The notes below the pieces were generated by a model, which did not search any database, was not told the origin of the DNA, and saw only the letters and a list, made by a program, of their open reading frames with translations. Of a stretch of 64,000 nucleotides of DNA, positions 1 through 8,836 are shown piece after piece. The stretch spans positions 670 to 64,669 of the forward strand of contig CAYSRA010000003.1 of assembly GCA_964433205.1 (NCBI GenBank), given 5' to 3'. Source of the DNA: an uncultured Thiohalobacter sp. (GTDB lineage: Bacteria > Pseudomonadota > Gammaproteobacteria > DSM-19610). How positions within the stretch are numbered: the stretch's first letter is position 1; each line of letters begins with the position of its first letter. The position numbers were made by a program, and so were the translations under genes.

Positions 1-752
1 TTGATGGCGCTGTTGCTGCCGGCGTTGTCCCAGCGCGAGAACACGACTTCGCCGCTGCCCAGCACCACCGGGTCGAGGTCATGGCTCTGGTTGAAGGAGA
101 CCTGCCGGATGTTTTCCCGTGCCTGGTCGATGATGTGCAGAACCAGTGCCGGCTCGTTTTCATTCTCGTCGAGCGCGGCAAACTGCGGTTTGCCTTCGTC
201 CACGAGTATGGCGCCGGCTGCGCGCTGACGGGTGGAGGAAAAAATGATGCGGCCGTCGGCGAGGTAGTGCGGCGCGACGTCCTGCCCGGCTTCGGCGATA
301 ATGTCGGAGGCGATGACCCGTGTCAGGGTGTCGGTGGCGATTTCGTATTCCCACAGGTTCCAGGTCGGCTGGTCTTCCGGCGCGGCACCCTCTATATCCG
401 GCAGGCGCAGGGCGAACAGCAGGCGTGTGCCATCAAAGGAAACCTCTACATCCTTGACGTCGCCCATGCCACCCGTCAGTCCGGCGGTAATATTGCGTTC
501 ACGGGCCACCGGTGATGCAAGATCGCGGTAGATCAGATCGCCGCCCGGTTGAAAGCGGGTCGGCTCGCGCACGTCGGCGGTGTCGGTTTCCGGCACCGGC
601 TGCCTGACATAGGCAATACCGAAGTCCTCGACCAGCGGGTCAGGGTCGCTCGAGCTGCCGGTTCCGCCGCCACAGCCGCCCAGCAGCAGGGCCGCGAGCA
701 CGACTGCAATGCGGCGCTCTACCAGTGATCTTGGCCGGGACTGACGGGGCAT
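1..752 (-). CDS. Lipoprotein with TolB/PD40-like beta-propeller repeats; 5' part only, gene runs off the left edge
   Basis: Absent from the ORF track because it has no stop in the window. Reverse-strand ATG at 752-750 gives MPRQSRPRSLVERRIAVVLAALLLGGCGGG (lipobox LLGGC). I translated the frame by hand and it stays open to position 1. Contains DGTRLLFAL, NLWEYEIATDTLTRV and HYLADGRIIFSSTRQR blade-like motifs. Confidence 0.75.
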   Translation of the reverse strand, partial: MPRQSRPRSLVERRIAVVLAALLLGGCGGGTGSSSDPDPLVEDFGIAYVRQPVPETDTADVREPTRFQPGGDLIYRDLASPVARERNITAGLTGGMGDVKDVEVSFDGTRLLFALRLPDIEGAAPEDQPTWNLWEYEIATDTLTRVIASDIIAEAGQDVAPHYLADGRIIFSSTRQRAAGAILVDEGKPQFAALDENENEPALVLHIIDQARENIRQVSFNQSHDLDPVVLGSGEVVFSRWDNAGSNSAI

Positions 753-1194
753 GTGTTTCTCCAGAGATGTTCGTGTTGCGCCAGGTTATATTTCTTCAGG
801 ACTGCGTTTATCAAGCAAATATCGGGCCGGCCATTAGGCGACTGTTGCGGCCTGATTGACTGTTTATTGAGGCTTTTTGCTGTTTCCGTGCCCCGTTTTG
901 TCGTCTTGTGCAGACACTGTCGGCTCATGGAGACGACACGCCTGATCCAGCGTCGCCCGCAATATAGCCAGCCATGCAGCGGGGAAACTGCGATCCAGAT
1001 CACACCGTGGCAATTTTATTTCGCTACCTGAACAGTGAGTTAAACCGCGCCGGACAATTGCCGCCAAGTGTGGACTGGTTCACAGCACTGTGGTCCCCCG
1101 GGGTCTACATTGCGCCAACAAGGCGTGGAACCAGGCTGGTTCGGTAATTGCTAGACACGGGATCAGGGAAAATACCAACTAAAGGGGCGTCTCA

Positions 1195-2418
1195 ATGTTT
1201 TCGACGTACGCACAACAGCAGGACAGGGCTTGGGGGAACGGGAAGGCAGGCTGGCGCGGCGTTCTGGCCGCGGTCGTGGTCGCGGTGCTGGTTGCTTCGA
1301 CGGCGATGGCGGGCGATCTTGAACGCAAGCAGGCCAAGCGCATTCATGATCGTCTGACAGGTGTTCCCCCGACGCCTGCCGTACTGTCAGCGATGGAAGA
1401 CCGGATTGTGGGCGGCGATGCAGTGGCCGCGGCGTTATTTGCGATAGATCCTGGCAGCAATCCGCGTGCCTTTAACTTCTATAACACTACGCTGAAGAAC
1501 TTCGCGACGCCCTGGACTAACGAGGCGCAATCGGTTTTTGATTCACTCAACGACTATAGCGCGACTGTCATCGGTATGATTCGTGACGATGTGCCGTTCA
1601 ATACACTGCTGTCCGCCGACCTGGTCTACGTGGGCAATGGTTCGATTTCCGGCGTGGCGCCCTATTCTCCCTCCAGCAACACGCATTACCAGAACCTTGA
1701 GGATCTGAGTATTGATCTGAGCGATCCGACCAAACTGGTACCTGATCTACAGTCGGTGCGAAACGGTATCCCGGTTGCCGGTGTTGCAGGGGTCATAACA
1801 ACGCGGGCCGCTGCGCAGGCTTTCTTTATAGACGGCACCAACCGGGCCATGTTCCGTTTCACCGTGCTGAACCACCTCTGCACTGACCTGGAACAACTCA
1901 AGGACATCACCCGTCCGGCGGACCGTATTCGCCAGGACGTCAGTCGCAGTCCGGGCGGAGACAGCCGGATCTTCCTCAATTCCTGCGTTGGTTGTCACAC
2001 CGGCATGGACCCCATGACGCAGGCCTTCGCCTATCACAACTACGACGAGAGTCTCGGGCGGATGGTTTATACCCCGGGCCAGGTGCAGCCGAAGTACCTG
2101 ATCAATGCGGAGAACTTCGAGTACGGCTACGTGACCACCGACGACCGCTGGGACAACTACTGGCGCAGTGGCCAGAATGCGGCGCTGGGCTGGAGCAGCA
2201 GTTTGCCCGGCGGTGGAAACGGCGCGGCTTCGCTGGGTATGGAACTCGCCAACAGTAACGCGTTTGCCAGTTGCCAGGCCCGCAAGGCCTATCGAACGGT
2301 GTGCCTCAACGAACCCGACCAGACGCAGCTGGATACGCTGGTCGGCGTGTTGACCGGACAGAACTACAACATGAAGCAGGTGTTCGCTGTTGCAGCTACC
2401 CAGTGCATGGGCAACTAG
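1195..2418 (+). CDS. Secreted CxxCH protein, DUF1585/DUF1588-like; function unknown
   Basis: 407-aa ORF with AAGGGG SD 7 nt upstream. Sec signal VLVASTAMA-GD. One haem-c motif in the context NSCVGCHTGMDP (Cys codon at 1984), resembling the CxxCHxxxDP signature of planctomycete-type PSD families. Confidence 0.8.
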   Translation: MFSTYAQQQDRAWGNGKAGWRGVLAAVVVAVLVASTAMAGDLERKQAKRIHDRLTGVPPTPAVLSAMEDRIVGGDAVAAALFAIDPGSNPRAFNFYNTTLKNFATPWTNEAQSVFDSLNDYSATVIGMIRDDVPFNTLLSADLVYVGNGSISGVAPYSPSSNTHYQNLEDLSIDLSDPTKLVPDLQSVRNGIPVAGVAGVITTRAAAQAFFIDGTNRAMFRFTVLNHLCTDLEQLKDITRPADRIRQDVSRSPGGDSRIFLNSCVGCHTGMDPMTQAFAYHNYDESLGRMVYTPGQVQPKYLINAENFEYGYVTTDDRWDNYWRSGQNAALGWSSSLPGGGNGAASLGMELANSNAFASCQARKAYRTVCLNEPDQTQLDTLVGVLTGQNYNMKQVFAVAATQCMGN

Positions 2419-2436
2419 GCAGTGACGGGCGAGGGG

Positions 2437-5004
2437 ATGACTATGAGCGCGTTTTCAAAGAGTGTGCGATGGGACGAAATGTCCGGCCTGGCCGGTGCGT
2501 TGCGGGCGGGTGCGGTGCTGGCATTGTTGTTTGTGCTGTCAGCCTGCGGCGGTGGTGCGGAGACCAGTTCCAATCCTCCGACATCGAACGATGGTGCCGT
2601 GAATGCATCGAGTTATACCGGGCCGGTCGCGCTGACCAGCGATATCCGCGCATTCCAGGTTAATGTCTGGGAGCCGCTGCGGGCATCGAATCGCTGCGGC
2701 GCCTGCCACGTGCCGGGTATCCAGTCGCCAATGTTCGTTCGTCAGGATGACGTCAACCAGGCCTACGCGGATGTTGCCGGGCTGGTCGACCTGGACGCGC
2801 CGGCCAACTCACGCCTGGTGACCAAGGTGGGCGGCGGCCACAACTGCTGGCTGACCAGTAATGCCGCCTGCGCCACGATTATCCAGAACTATATTGCAAA
2901 CTGGGCCAATGGTGTCTCGGGCGGGCAGCGTGAAATCCAGCTCAGCGCTCCGCTGGTACTCAAGGACCCGGGTGCAACGAAGAACTTTCCCGCGTCCTCG
3001 GCGGATTTTGCGACCACCGTGTGGCCGGTGCTGACCGCTAACTGTTCGGGCTGTCACGTCGAGTCATCGCCCACCGCCCAGTCGCCGTTCTTTGCCAGCC
3101 CGGTCGTCGACGATGCCTATGAGGCAGCAAAGTCGAAGATGGATCTCAATGATCCCTCCAACTCGCGCCTGGTGCTTCGGTTGCGCAACGAGTTCCATAA
3201 CTGCTGGACGGCGAGTTGTACCAATGACGCGGACGTGATGGAAGCCGCGATTACAGCGTTTGCGGGGACAATCTCGCCAACGGTGGTCGACCCCGCGCTG
3301 GTTATCAGCAAGGCACTCACGGTGGCGGACGGTGTGGTCGCCAGCGGTGGCAACCGCTATGAATCGGACGTGATCGCGCTGTACGAATTCAAGTCCGGGT
3401 CCGGCAACGTGGCGATCGATTCCAGCGGTGTCGAGCCGGCGCTGCACCTGACGCTGAGCGGTGACGTGAACTGGGTCGGCGGCTGGGGCATCGAGATCGT
3501 CAACGGGCGCGCCCAGGGTTCGACCACGGCCAGCAAGAAGTTGCACGACCTGATCAAGGCGACCGGCGAATATACGATAGAGGCCTGGGTTGCGCCGGCC
3601 AACGTCACCCAGGAAGGTCCGGCGCGCATCGTCAGTTACTCGGCCGGAACCGGGGTGCGGAACTTTACGCTCGGGCAGACGCAGTACAATTACGACTTCC
3701 TGCAACGCTCCAGTACCACCGACGCGAACGGCGAGCCGGCACTGTCTACCGCCGACGCCGACGAGGACCTGCAGGCGACCCTGCAGCACGTGGTGGTGAC
3801 CTTTGACCCGATCAATGGACGCAGGATTTACGTCAACGGTGTTTTCACCGGCGATGTCGATCCGGTGCCGGCAGGCAACCTGACGGAATGGGACGATACC
3901 TTTGCGCTTGTGCTAGGCAATGAAGTATCCGGTGACCGCCCGTGGGCCGGCCAGATACGCATGCTGGCGATCCATAACCGGGCGCTGACCCAGGAGCAGA
4001 TCCTGCAGAACCTCGATGTCGGCGTCGGTGAGAAGTTCTTCCTGCTGTTTTCCATTGGGGATGTGATTGCGCTGCCCGACAGTTATATCGTATTCGAGGT
4101 CAGCCAGTACGACAGTTACAGTTACCTGTTCAACAAGCCGTTCTTTATCAACCTCAATGCGGATGTGACGCCGGCCAGTATCCCGCTGCAGGGCATGCGC
4201 ATCGGTATAAACGGCAAGGAAGCGGCGGTCGGCCAGGCCTGGACCAACCTGGATACCGTGATCGGCGGTGTCGCCTACGACCCATCGACCGGCCAGGTAT
4301 TGTCGACACGGGGCACCACGATTGCGCTGGAGAACGGCCCGTCAGCGGACGAGTTCTTCCTTACCTTCGAGCGCCTCGGTACACAGACCCATGTGTTTAC
4401 CGAGAACTCGCCGCTGACGCCGGCGCCGCTGCCGACACCGCCTGCCGTGTCGGAGGTCGGGGTCCGTACCTTTGACGAAATCAACGCCAGCATGGCGGCA
4501 TTGACCGGCGTGGATCCGACGCTGGTGCAGGCAAGTTTCCAGACCCTGCGCCAGCAACTGCCCGCCGTTGAAAACCTGGATGGTTTCCTGTCGGCGCACC
4601 AGATGGCGATTGCCCAGTTGTCCATCGAGTATTGCAGCGCGCTGGTCGATGACTCGGGGTTGCGGAGCGGCTTCTTCGGCACATTTGATTTTTCCCAGGA
4701 TGTCGCGACAGCGTTCGGCACGGGGGATTCGACCCAGAAGAACCTGATCGTGAACGCGCTGTACGACGGGATGGTGGGTCTTGCGGAAGGGGGGCGCAGT
4801 GACCTGGTCGATGCGCCGACGCGCGAGGAGGTCAAGACCGAGTTGATCGGCTATGACCTGGGTGGTGCGCAGGTGAACAGCAACAGTCTGTTTGACCGGC
4901 TCACATCGGCCTGCCCGACGGGCTGCGATCAGACGCGTACCCGCGCCGTCGTCAAGGCGATGTGCGGTTCGGTACTGGGCAGTGCCGCAGTACTGGTTCA
5001 ATAG
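2437..5004 (+). CDS. Lipoprotein with two CxxCH modules and a LamG (concanavalin-like) domain; function unknown
   Basis: 860-aa ORF in the track from GTG 2422; ATG 2437 or 2443 sits behind GAGGGG. Lipobox LLFVLSAC. CGACH at 2695 and CSGCH at 3043. LamG-like stretch EYTIEAWVAP...HVVVTFDP..GRRIYVNGV...GQIRMLAIHNRALT. Confidence 0.8.
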   Translation: MTMSAFSKSVRWDEMSGLAGALRAGAVLALLFVLSACGGGAETSSNPPTSNDGAVNASSYTGPVALTSDIRAFQVNVWEPLRASNRCGACHVPGIQSPMFVRQDDVNQAYADVAGLVDLDAPANSRLVTKVGGGHNCWLTSNAACATIIQNYIANWANGVSGGQREIQLSAPLVLKDPGATKNFPASSADFATTVWPVLTANCSGCHVESSPTAQSPFFASPVVDDAYEAAKSKMDLNDPSNSRLVLRLRNEFHNCWTASCTNDADVMEAAITAFAGTISPTVVDPALVISKALTVADGVVASGGNRYESDVIALYEFKSGSGNVAIDSSGVEPALHLTLSGDVNWVGGWGIEIVNGRAQGSTTASKKLHDLIKATGEYTIEAWVAPANVTQEGPARIVSYSAGTGVRNFTLGQTQYNYDFLQRSSTTDANGEPALSTADADEDLQATLQHVVVTFDPINGRRIYVNGVFTGDVDPVPAGNLTEWDDTFALVLGNEVSGDRPWAGQIRMLAIHNRALTQEQILQNLDVGVGEKFFLLFSIGDVIALPDSYIVFEVSQYDSYSYLFNKPFFINLNADVTPASIPLQGMRIGINGKEAAVGQAWTNLDTVIGGVAYDPSTGQVLSTRGTTIALENGPSADEFFLTFERLGTQTHVFTENSPLTPAPLPTPPAVSEVGVRTFDEINASMAALTGVDPTLVQASFQTLRQQLPAVENLDGFLSAHQMAIAQLSIEYCSALVDDSGLRSGFFGTFDFSQDVATAFGTGDSTQKNLIVNALYDGMVGLAEGGRSDLVDAPTREEVKTELIGYDLGGAQVNSNSLFDRLTSACPTGCDQTRTRAVVKAMCGSVLGSAAVLVQ

Positions 5005-5023
5005 AGAAACGGGGAATACTAAA

Positions 5024-6628
5024 ATGGCCAAGCGTACAAAAAACCTGCGTCCTGACGACCCGCTGTATCATCTGAACCACTCCCGGCCAGTGAACCGGCG
5101 GGATTTCCTCCGCCAGGGTTTCATTTCCGGTGCGGGTATGGTGATGGGCGGCTCTATCTTCAGCCTGTTCGCTAACCCGCGCGCTGCCCAGGCAGCATTG
5201 TCGTCCGACCTGGATTCGCTGGCGACCAGTATCGGTTGCTCGCTCGGCGGCGTGGGTGGCGGCAAGATCCCGTTTATCTGTTTCGATCTTGCCGGCGGCG
5301 CCAACATTGCCGGCTCCAATGTGCTGGTAGGCCGGCAGACGCAACTCGACCTGCTGAGTACCGCCGGTTACAGCAAACTGGGCCTGCCCGGCGACATGAT
5401 TCCCGGTGGCACGGAAACCGCGCCGACGGCGACCAGTAATGGCGACTTCACCGATACCTCGCTGGGTCTGGGTTTCCATTCAGACAGCGCATTTCTGCGC
5501 GGCATCCTTGAGCGTGCCGGTGCAAGGGCGACCAATATCAATGGTGCTGTCATTCCTGCGCGGTCCGATAATGATACCGGCAACAATCCGCATAATCCCA
5601 TGTACGGCATTGCCAGGGCGGGTGCGGCGGGTGGCGTCGTGACGTTGATTGGTTCCCGGAACTCGGATTCCGGCGGCAACTCCATGGCGCCGGCGAATAT
5701 GATGAATACCGAAATCCGCCCGACCAAGGTGGATCGTCCCAGCGATGTGACCGGTATGGTGGATACCGGCAATCTGACCGGCATACTCAGCGATCCCGCT
5801 GACGTGGTTGCGGTCATGGAGTCCGTGGCCCGTATCAGCAACAGCAAGCTCGGTTGGGCCGACACGGGGCTGGCGGCGACCATAAATACCGGTGCGGATG
5901 CCGTGGTCAAGGACCTGGTGCGCTGCGGTTACCTGAAGGCGGCGGATATTGCCGACCGGTTTGCCGGCGTCGATATTGATCCCAGTCTCGACGGGGACAT
6001 TGTCGATGGCGTCGATCCCGCCAACCCGGCACAGGGTATATTCACGCAGGCCGAGTTTGATGGTGACCGGGAATTCCGCAAGACGGCGTCGGTGATGAAA
6101 ATGGTCATCGACGGACACGCTGGCGCGGGCACCATTGCCATGGGCGGTTATGACTACCATACCGGTGACCGCAGCACAGGCGAGTTGCGCGACCTGCGCG
6201 CCGGACGCTGCATGGGTGCCTGCCTGGAGTATGCGGCCCGGCGTGGCGTGCCGTTGATGCTGTATGTGTTCAGCGACGGTTCGCTGGCCAGCAACGGCAC
6301 CGTTGACAACAGCGTCGATGGCCGGGGCAAGGGTGTGTGGACCGGCGATAATTCATCCACTGCGGCGTCTTTCTTCCTGGTATACAGCCCCAACGGGCCG
6401 GTGACGGCGCGCAAGCAACAGATCGGCTACTTCCGCGCCGACGGTTCGGTCGAAACCGCGTCCAGTCCTGCGGCAAACAACGTCAATCTGCTGGTTGAGA
6501 CCGTTATCCTGAACTACATGTCACTGAACGGGGATTCCGCGGGCTTCAGTAGCCTGTTTAGCGGTTTCGGTAACCCACCCAGCGCCTCGCTGATCAATTC
6601 GCTGCTTGCCTTCGATACGTTGCCCTGA
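5024..6628 (+). CDS. Tat-exported DUF1501-like (sulfatase/phosphatase-fold) protein; function unknown
   Basis: The track ORF starts at 4892 inside the previous gene. ATG 5024 gives MAKRT...NRRDFLRQGFISGAGMVMGG...PRAAQA-A, a twin-arginine signal. FICFDLAGGAN and GGYDYHTGD resemble DUF1501 signatures. Confidence 0.75.
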   Translation: MAKRTKNLRPDDPLYHLNHSRPVNRRDFLRQGFISGAGMVMGGSIFSLFANPRAAQAALSSDLDSLATSIGCSLGGVGGGKIPFICFDLAGGANIAGSNVLVGRQTQLDLLSTAGYSKLGLPGDMIPGGTETAPTATSNGDFTDTSLGLGFHSDSAFLRGILERAGARATNINGAVIPARSDNDTGNNPHNPMYGIARAGAAGGVVTLIGSRNSDSGGNSMAPANMMNTEIRPTKVDRPSDVTGMVDTGNLTGILSDPADVVAVMESVARISNSKLGWADTGLAATINTGADAVVKDLVRCGYLKAADIADRFAGVDIDPSLDGDIVDGVDPANPAQGIFTQAEFDGDREFRKTASVMKMVIDGHAGAGTIAMGGYDYHTGDRSTGELRDLRAGRCMGACLEYAARRGVPLMLYVFSDGSLASNGTVDNSVDGRGKGVWTGDNSSTAASFFLVYSPNGPVTARKQQIGYFRADGSVETASSPAANNVNLLVETVILNYMSLNGDSAGFSSLFSGFGNPPSASLINSLLAFDTLP

Positions 6629-6637
6629 GTGCCGCCA

Positions 6638-7357
6638 TTACGACCGGTCCTGACGCGACCGGAGTTCCGGGGTGCGCGCAATCACCCATGCTTCCACCTG
6701 CGTGGCGCCGGCCTGTTTGAGTACGCGCGCCAGCGCATTGAGTGTGGCGCCCGTCGTTACCACATCGTCGACCAGAATTACCCGCCGGGCACTGACGTCG
6801 TGCCGGACCCGAAACGCATTGTCGAGGTTGTGGCGACGGGTCGTTGCCGACAGCCTGGACTGCGCGGAGGTATGCCGGGTTCGCGCACAGCAGCGCGCAT
6901 CGATCTGGTATCCCCGCCGTAGCATCGGCCGGGCAATTTCCAGCGCCTGGTTGAACCCACGTTCGCGCAGCCGGCGCGGGTGCAGGGGCACGGGTATCAG
7001 CATTGCTTTGTCTCCTTCGGGCACATGTTCCGCCAGCAGCCGCCCGAGCATTTTCGCCAGCGTCAGTTGCTGGTGAAACTTGATGTTGCGAATCCACTGG
7101 TCGACGGGTGCACGGTAATCGAACAGGGCATGGCAGCCGTCGAGAAATGGCGCTGTTTGCCGGCACGCTGCACACTGCGCCGGGGCGGCGTCAACGGGGC
7201 GGGGTTTGGCACAGGTCGGGCAGCCCGGCGCCAGCCAGGGGAGTTCCTGGTAGCAATCCGGGCAGATCGCAAGTCCGTTGTGTGTCGGCGCCCGGCATAA
7301 CTCGCAGTACATCGGGAACAGCCACGAGTGTGTGTTTTTTAGCCATTTGTAAACCAT
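6638..7357 (-). CDS. comF: ComF family protein (amidophosphoribosyltransferase-like)
   Basis: N-terminal Cys-rich finger CELCRAP...CPDCYQEL...CPTC and PRTase motif VILVDDVVTTGATL. Start is ATG 7357 (MVYKWLKN) or GTG 7396. Confidence 0.85.
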   Translation of the reverse strand: MVYKWLKNTHSWLFPMYCELCRAPTHNGLAICPDCYQELPWLAPGCPTCAKPRPVDAAPAQCAACRQTAPFLDGCHALFDYRAPVDQWIRNIKFHQQLTLAKMLGRLLAEHVPEGDKAMLIPVPLHPRRLRERGFNQALEIARPMLRRGYQIDARCCARTRHTSAQSRLSATTRRHNLDNAFRVRHDVSARRVILVDDVVTTGATLNALARVLKQAGATQVEAWVIARTPELRSRQDRS

Positions 7358-7380
7358 AGACAACCTTCCCTGGTTGACAG
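7347..7380. promoter_or_regulatory. Candidate BirA (bioO-type) operator
   Basis: TTGTAAACC (7347-7355), 16 nt, GGTTGACAG (7372-7380). Imperfect inverted repeat matching the TTGTAAACC/GGTTTACAA half-sites recalled for gammaproteobacterial bio operators. Confidence 0.6.
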
Positions 7381-7403
7381 AGGGACGTCGTGCCACGCAT
7401 AGT
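7374..7403 (+). promoter_or_regulatory. Candidate sigma70 promoter of the bio operon
   Basis: TTGACA (7374-7379), 18-nt spacer, CATAGT (7398-7403). The -35 lies inside the right operator half-site. Confidence 0.4.
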
Positions 7404-7440
7404 TTCGCCCCCGAAACCGCAGTCTATCCTATTGACACCA

Positions 7441-7866
7441 ATGACCGAATCCCGACCTCCCGCCGATCCGCAGGCCAGTCCTGCGCAGCTGTACGGGCGC
7501 CGCGCACGCCGGGCGGCAGCGTTGTTCAACTACGGCAACATTCTGGCCATTCTGGTGCCGATTCCGCTGGGCATGCTGTGGCTCGGCCTGTCGATGCTGG
7601 TGTATGCCATGAACCGCCATCACCCGAACGAGAAAGTCGGGCATTACACCCAGCAGGCAGCCTACCGCTTTTACGGCGTGACCGGGTTTTTCGTGGCTGC
7701 GGCGACCTTTATTCCAGGCGGCGGCTGGACCTATTACCTGATTGCGTGGGCGCTTGCCGCCGCTGTCCTCATCCCCTGGTCGGTCATGGATCTGCTGCGT
7801 ATCTACCGCGATACCTGGTCCGACATGGAACTACCCGTGGAGCATCATGAATCACACAGCCACTAG
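7441..7866 (+). CDS. Small integral membrane protein (about 3 TM), unknown function, first cistron of the bio operon
   Basis: ORF 7390-7866. ATG 7441 lies downstream of the predicted promoter. Hydrophobic segments [39 protein letters not shown] and [18 protein letters not shown]. Overlaps the bioB start by 20 nt. Confidence 0.6.
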   Translation: MTESRPPADPQASPAQLYGRRARRAAALFNYGNILAILVPIPLGMLWLGLSMLVYAMNRHHPNEKVGHYTQQAAYRFYGVTGFFVAAATFIPGGGWTYYLIAWALAAAVLIPWSVMDLLRIYRDTWSDMELPVEHHESHSH

Positions 7867-8830
7867 TGAACAGGCCGGTCCGAACACCGGCACCCCGCGT
7901 TTTGACTGGAGCAGCGACGAAATCGAGGCGCTGTTTGAATTGCCGTTCAACGACCTGCTGTTCCGTGCCCAGCAGGTGCACCGCGCACATTTCGATCCCA
8001 ACGAGGTTCAGGTCAGTACCCTGCTGAGCATCAAGACCGGCGGTTGCCCCGAGGATTGCGGTTACTGCCCGCAGAGTGTGCACCACGAAACCGCCGTCGA
8101 GCCGGAGAAACTGATGGATGTCGAGGCGGTGGTGGACGCGGCGCGCGCAGCCAAACAGGCCGGCGCGAGCCGTTTCTGCATGGGTGCGGCCTGGCGCAAC
8201 CCGCGCGGAAAGAACTTCGAGCGGGTGCTGGAGATGGTCGAACGGGTGCGCGAGGAGGGACTGGAAACCTGCATGACGCTGGGCATGCTGGATGATGAGC
8301 AGGCCGGGCGTCTGGCCGAGGCGGGGCTCGACTACTACAACCACAATCTGGACACCTCGCCGGAGTTCTACGGGGAAATCATCACCACCCGCACCTACCA
8401 GGAGCGGCTGGACACGCTGATGCGCGTGCGTGATGCCGGCATCAATGTCTGCTGCGGTGGCATTGTCGGCATGGGTGAAGGCCGCGCCGACCGTGTATCG
8501 CTGCTGGAACAGCTGGCGAAGCAGAAACCGCACCCGGACAGCGTGCCGGTGAACATGCTGGTGCGTGTCGAAGGCACGCCGCTGGATGATGCCGACACCA
8601 TCGATCCGTTCGAGTTCGTGCGCACGCTGGCGGTGGCGCGCATCCTGATGCCGGCATCGCACGTCCGATTGTCGGCGGGTCGCGAGCAGATGAGTGATGA
8701 GATGCAGGCGCTGTGCTTCATGGCCGGCGCCAATTCCATTTTTTACGGCGAGAAACTGCTGACCACCGGCAATCCCGAAGCCGACCACGATCGCCGGCTG
8801 TTCGAGCGACTGGGCCTGCGCCCGGTCTGA
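7847..8830 (+). CDS. bioB: Biotin synthase
   Basis: Radical-SAM motif [13 protein letters not shown] and [11 protein letters not shown] 7847 (MNHTATSEQ) gives a normal-length N-terminus; the track ORF starts upstream at 7742. Confidence 0.95.
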   Translation: MNHTATSEQAGPNTGTPRFDWSSDEIEALFELPFNDLLFRAQQVHRAHFDPNEVQVSTLLSIKTGGCPEDCGYCPQSVHHETAVEPEKLMDVEAVVDAARAAKQAGASRFCMGAAWRNPRGKNFERVLEMVERVREEGLETCMTLGMLDDEQAGRLAEAGLDYYNHNLDTSPEFYGEIITTRTYQERLDTLMRVRDAGINVCCGGIVGMGEGRADRVSLLEQLAKQKPHPDSVPVNMLVRVEGTPLDDADTIDPFEFVRTLAVARILMPASHVRLSAGREQMSDEMQALCFMAGANSIFYGEKLLTTGNPEADHDRRLFERLGLRPV

Positions 8831-8836
8831 TTGCTG

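Noticed and set aside
719-1067. Three overlapping 67-94-aa ORFs in the spacer between the lipoprotein gene and the CxxCH gene
   Set aside because: They overlap each other on both strands, have Cys/Arg-rich translations, and lack SDs. The region is better read as a divergent promoter spacer.
4892-5023. Upstream extensions of track ORFs (4892 for the Tat protein; also 38536 for ggt, 52219 for coaBC, 7742 for bioB, 63875 for DUF4426)
   Set aside because: The extensions overlap the preceding genes, are Arg/Pro-rich, and place the signal peptides or conserved N-termini far inside the protein. Internal ATGs with SDs give canonical N-termini.
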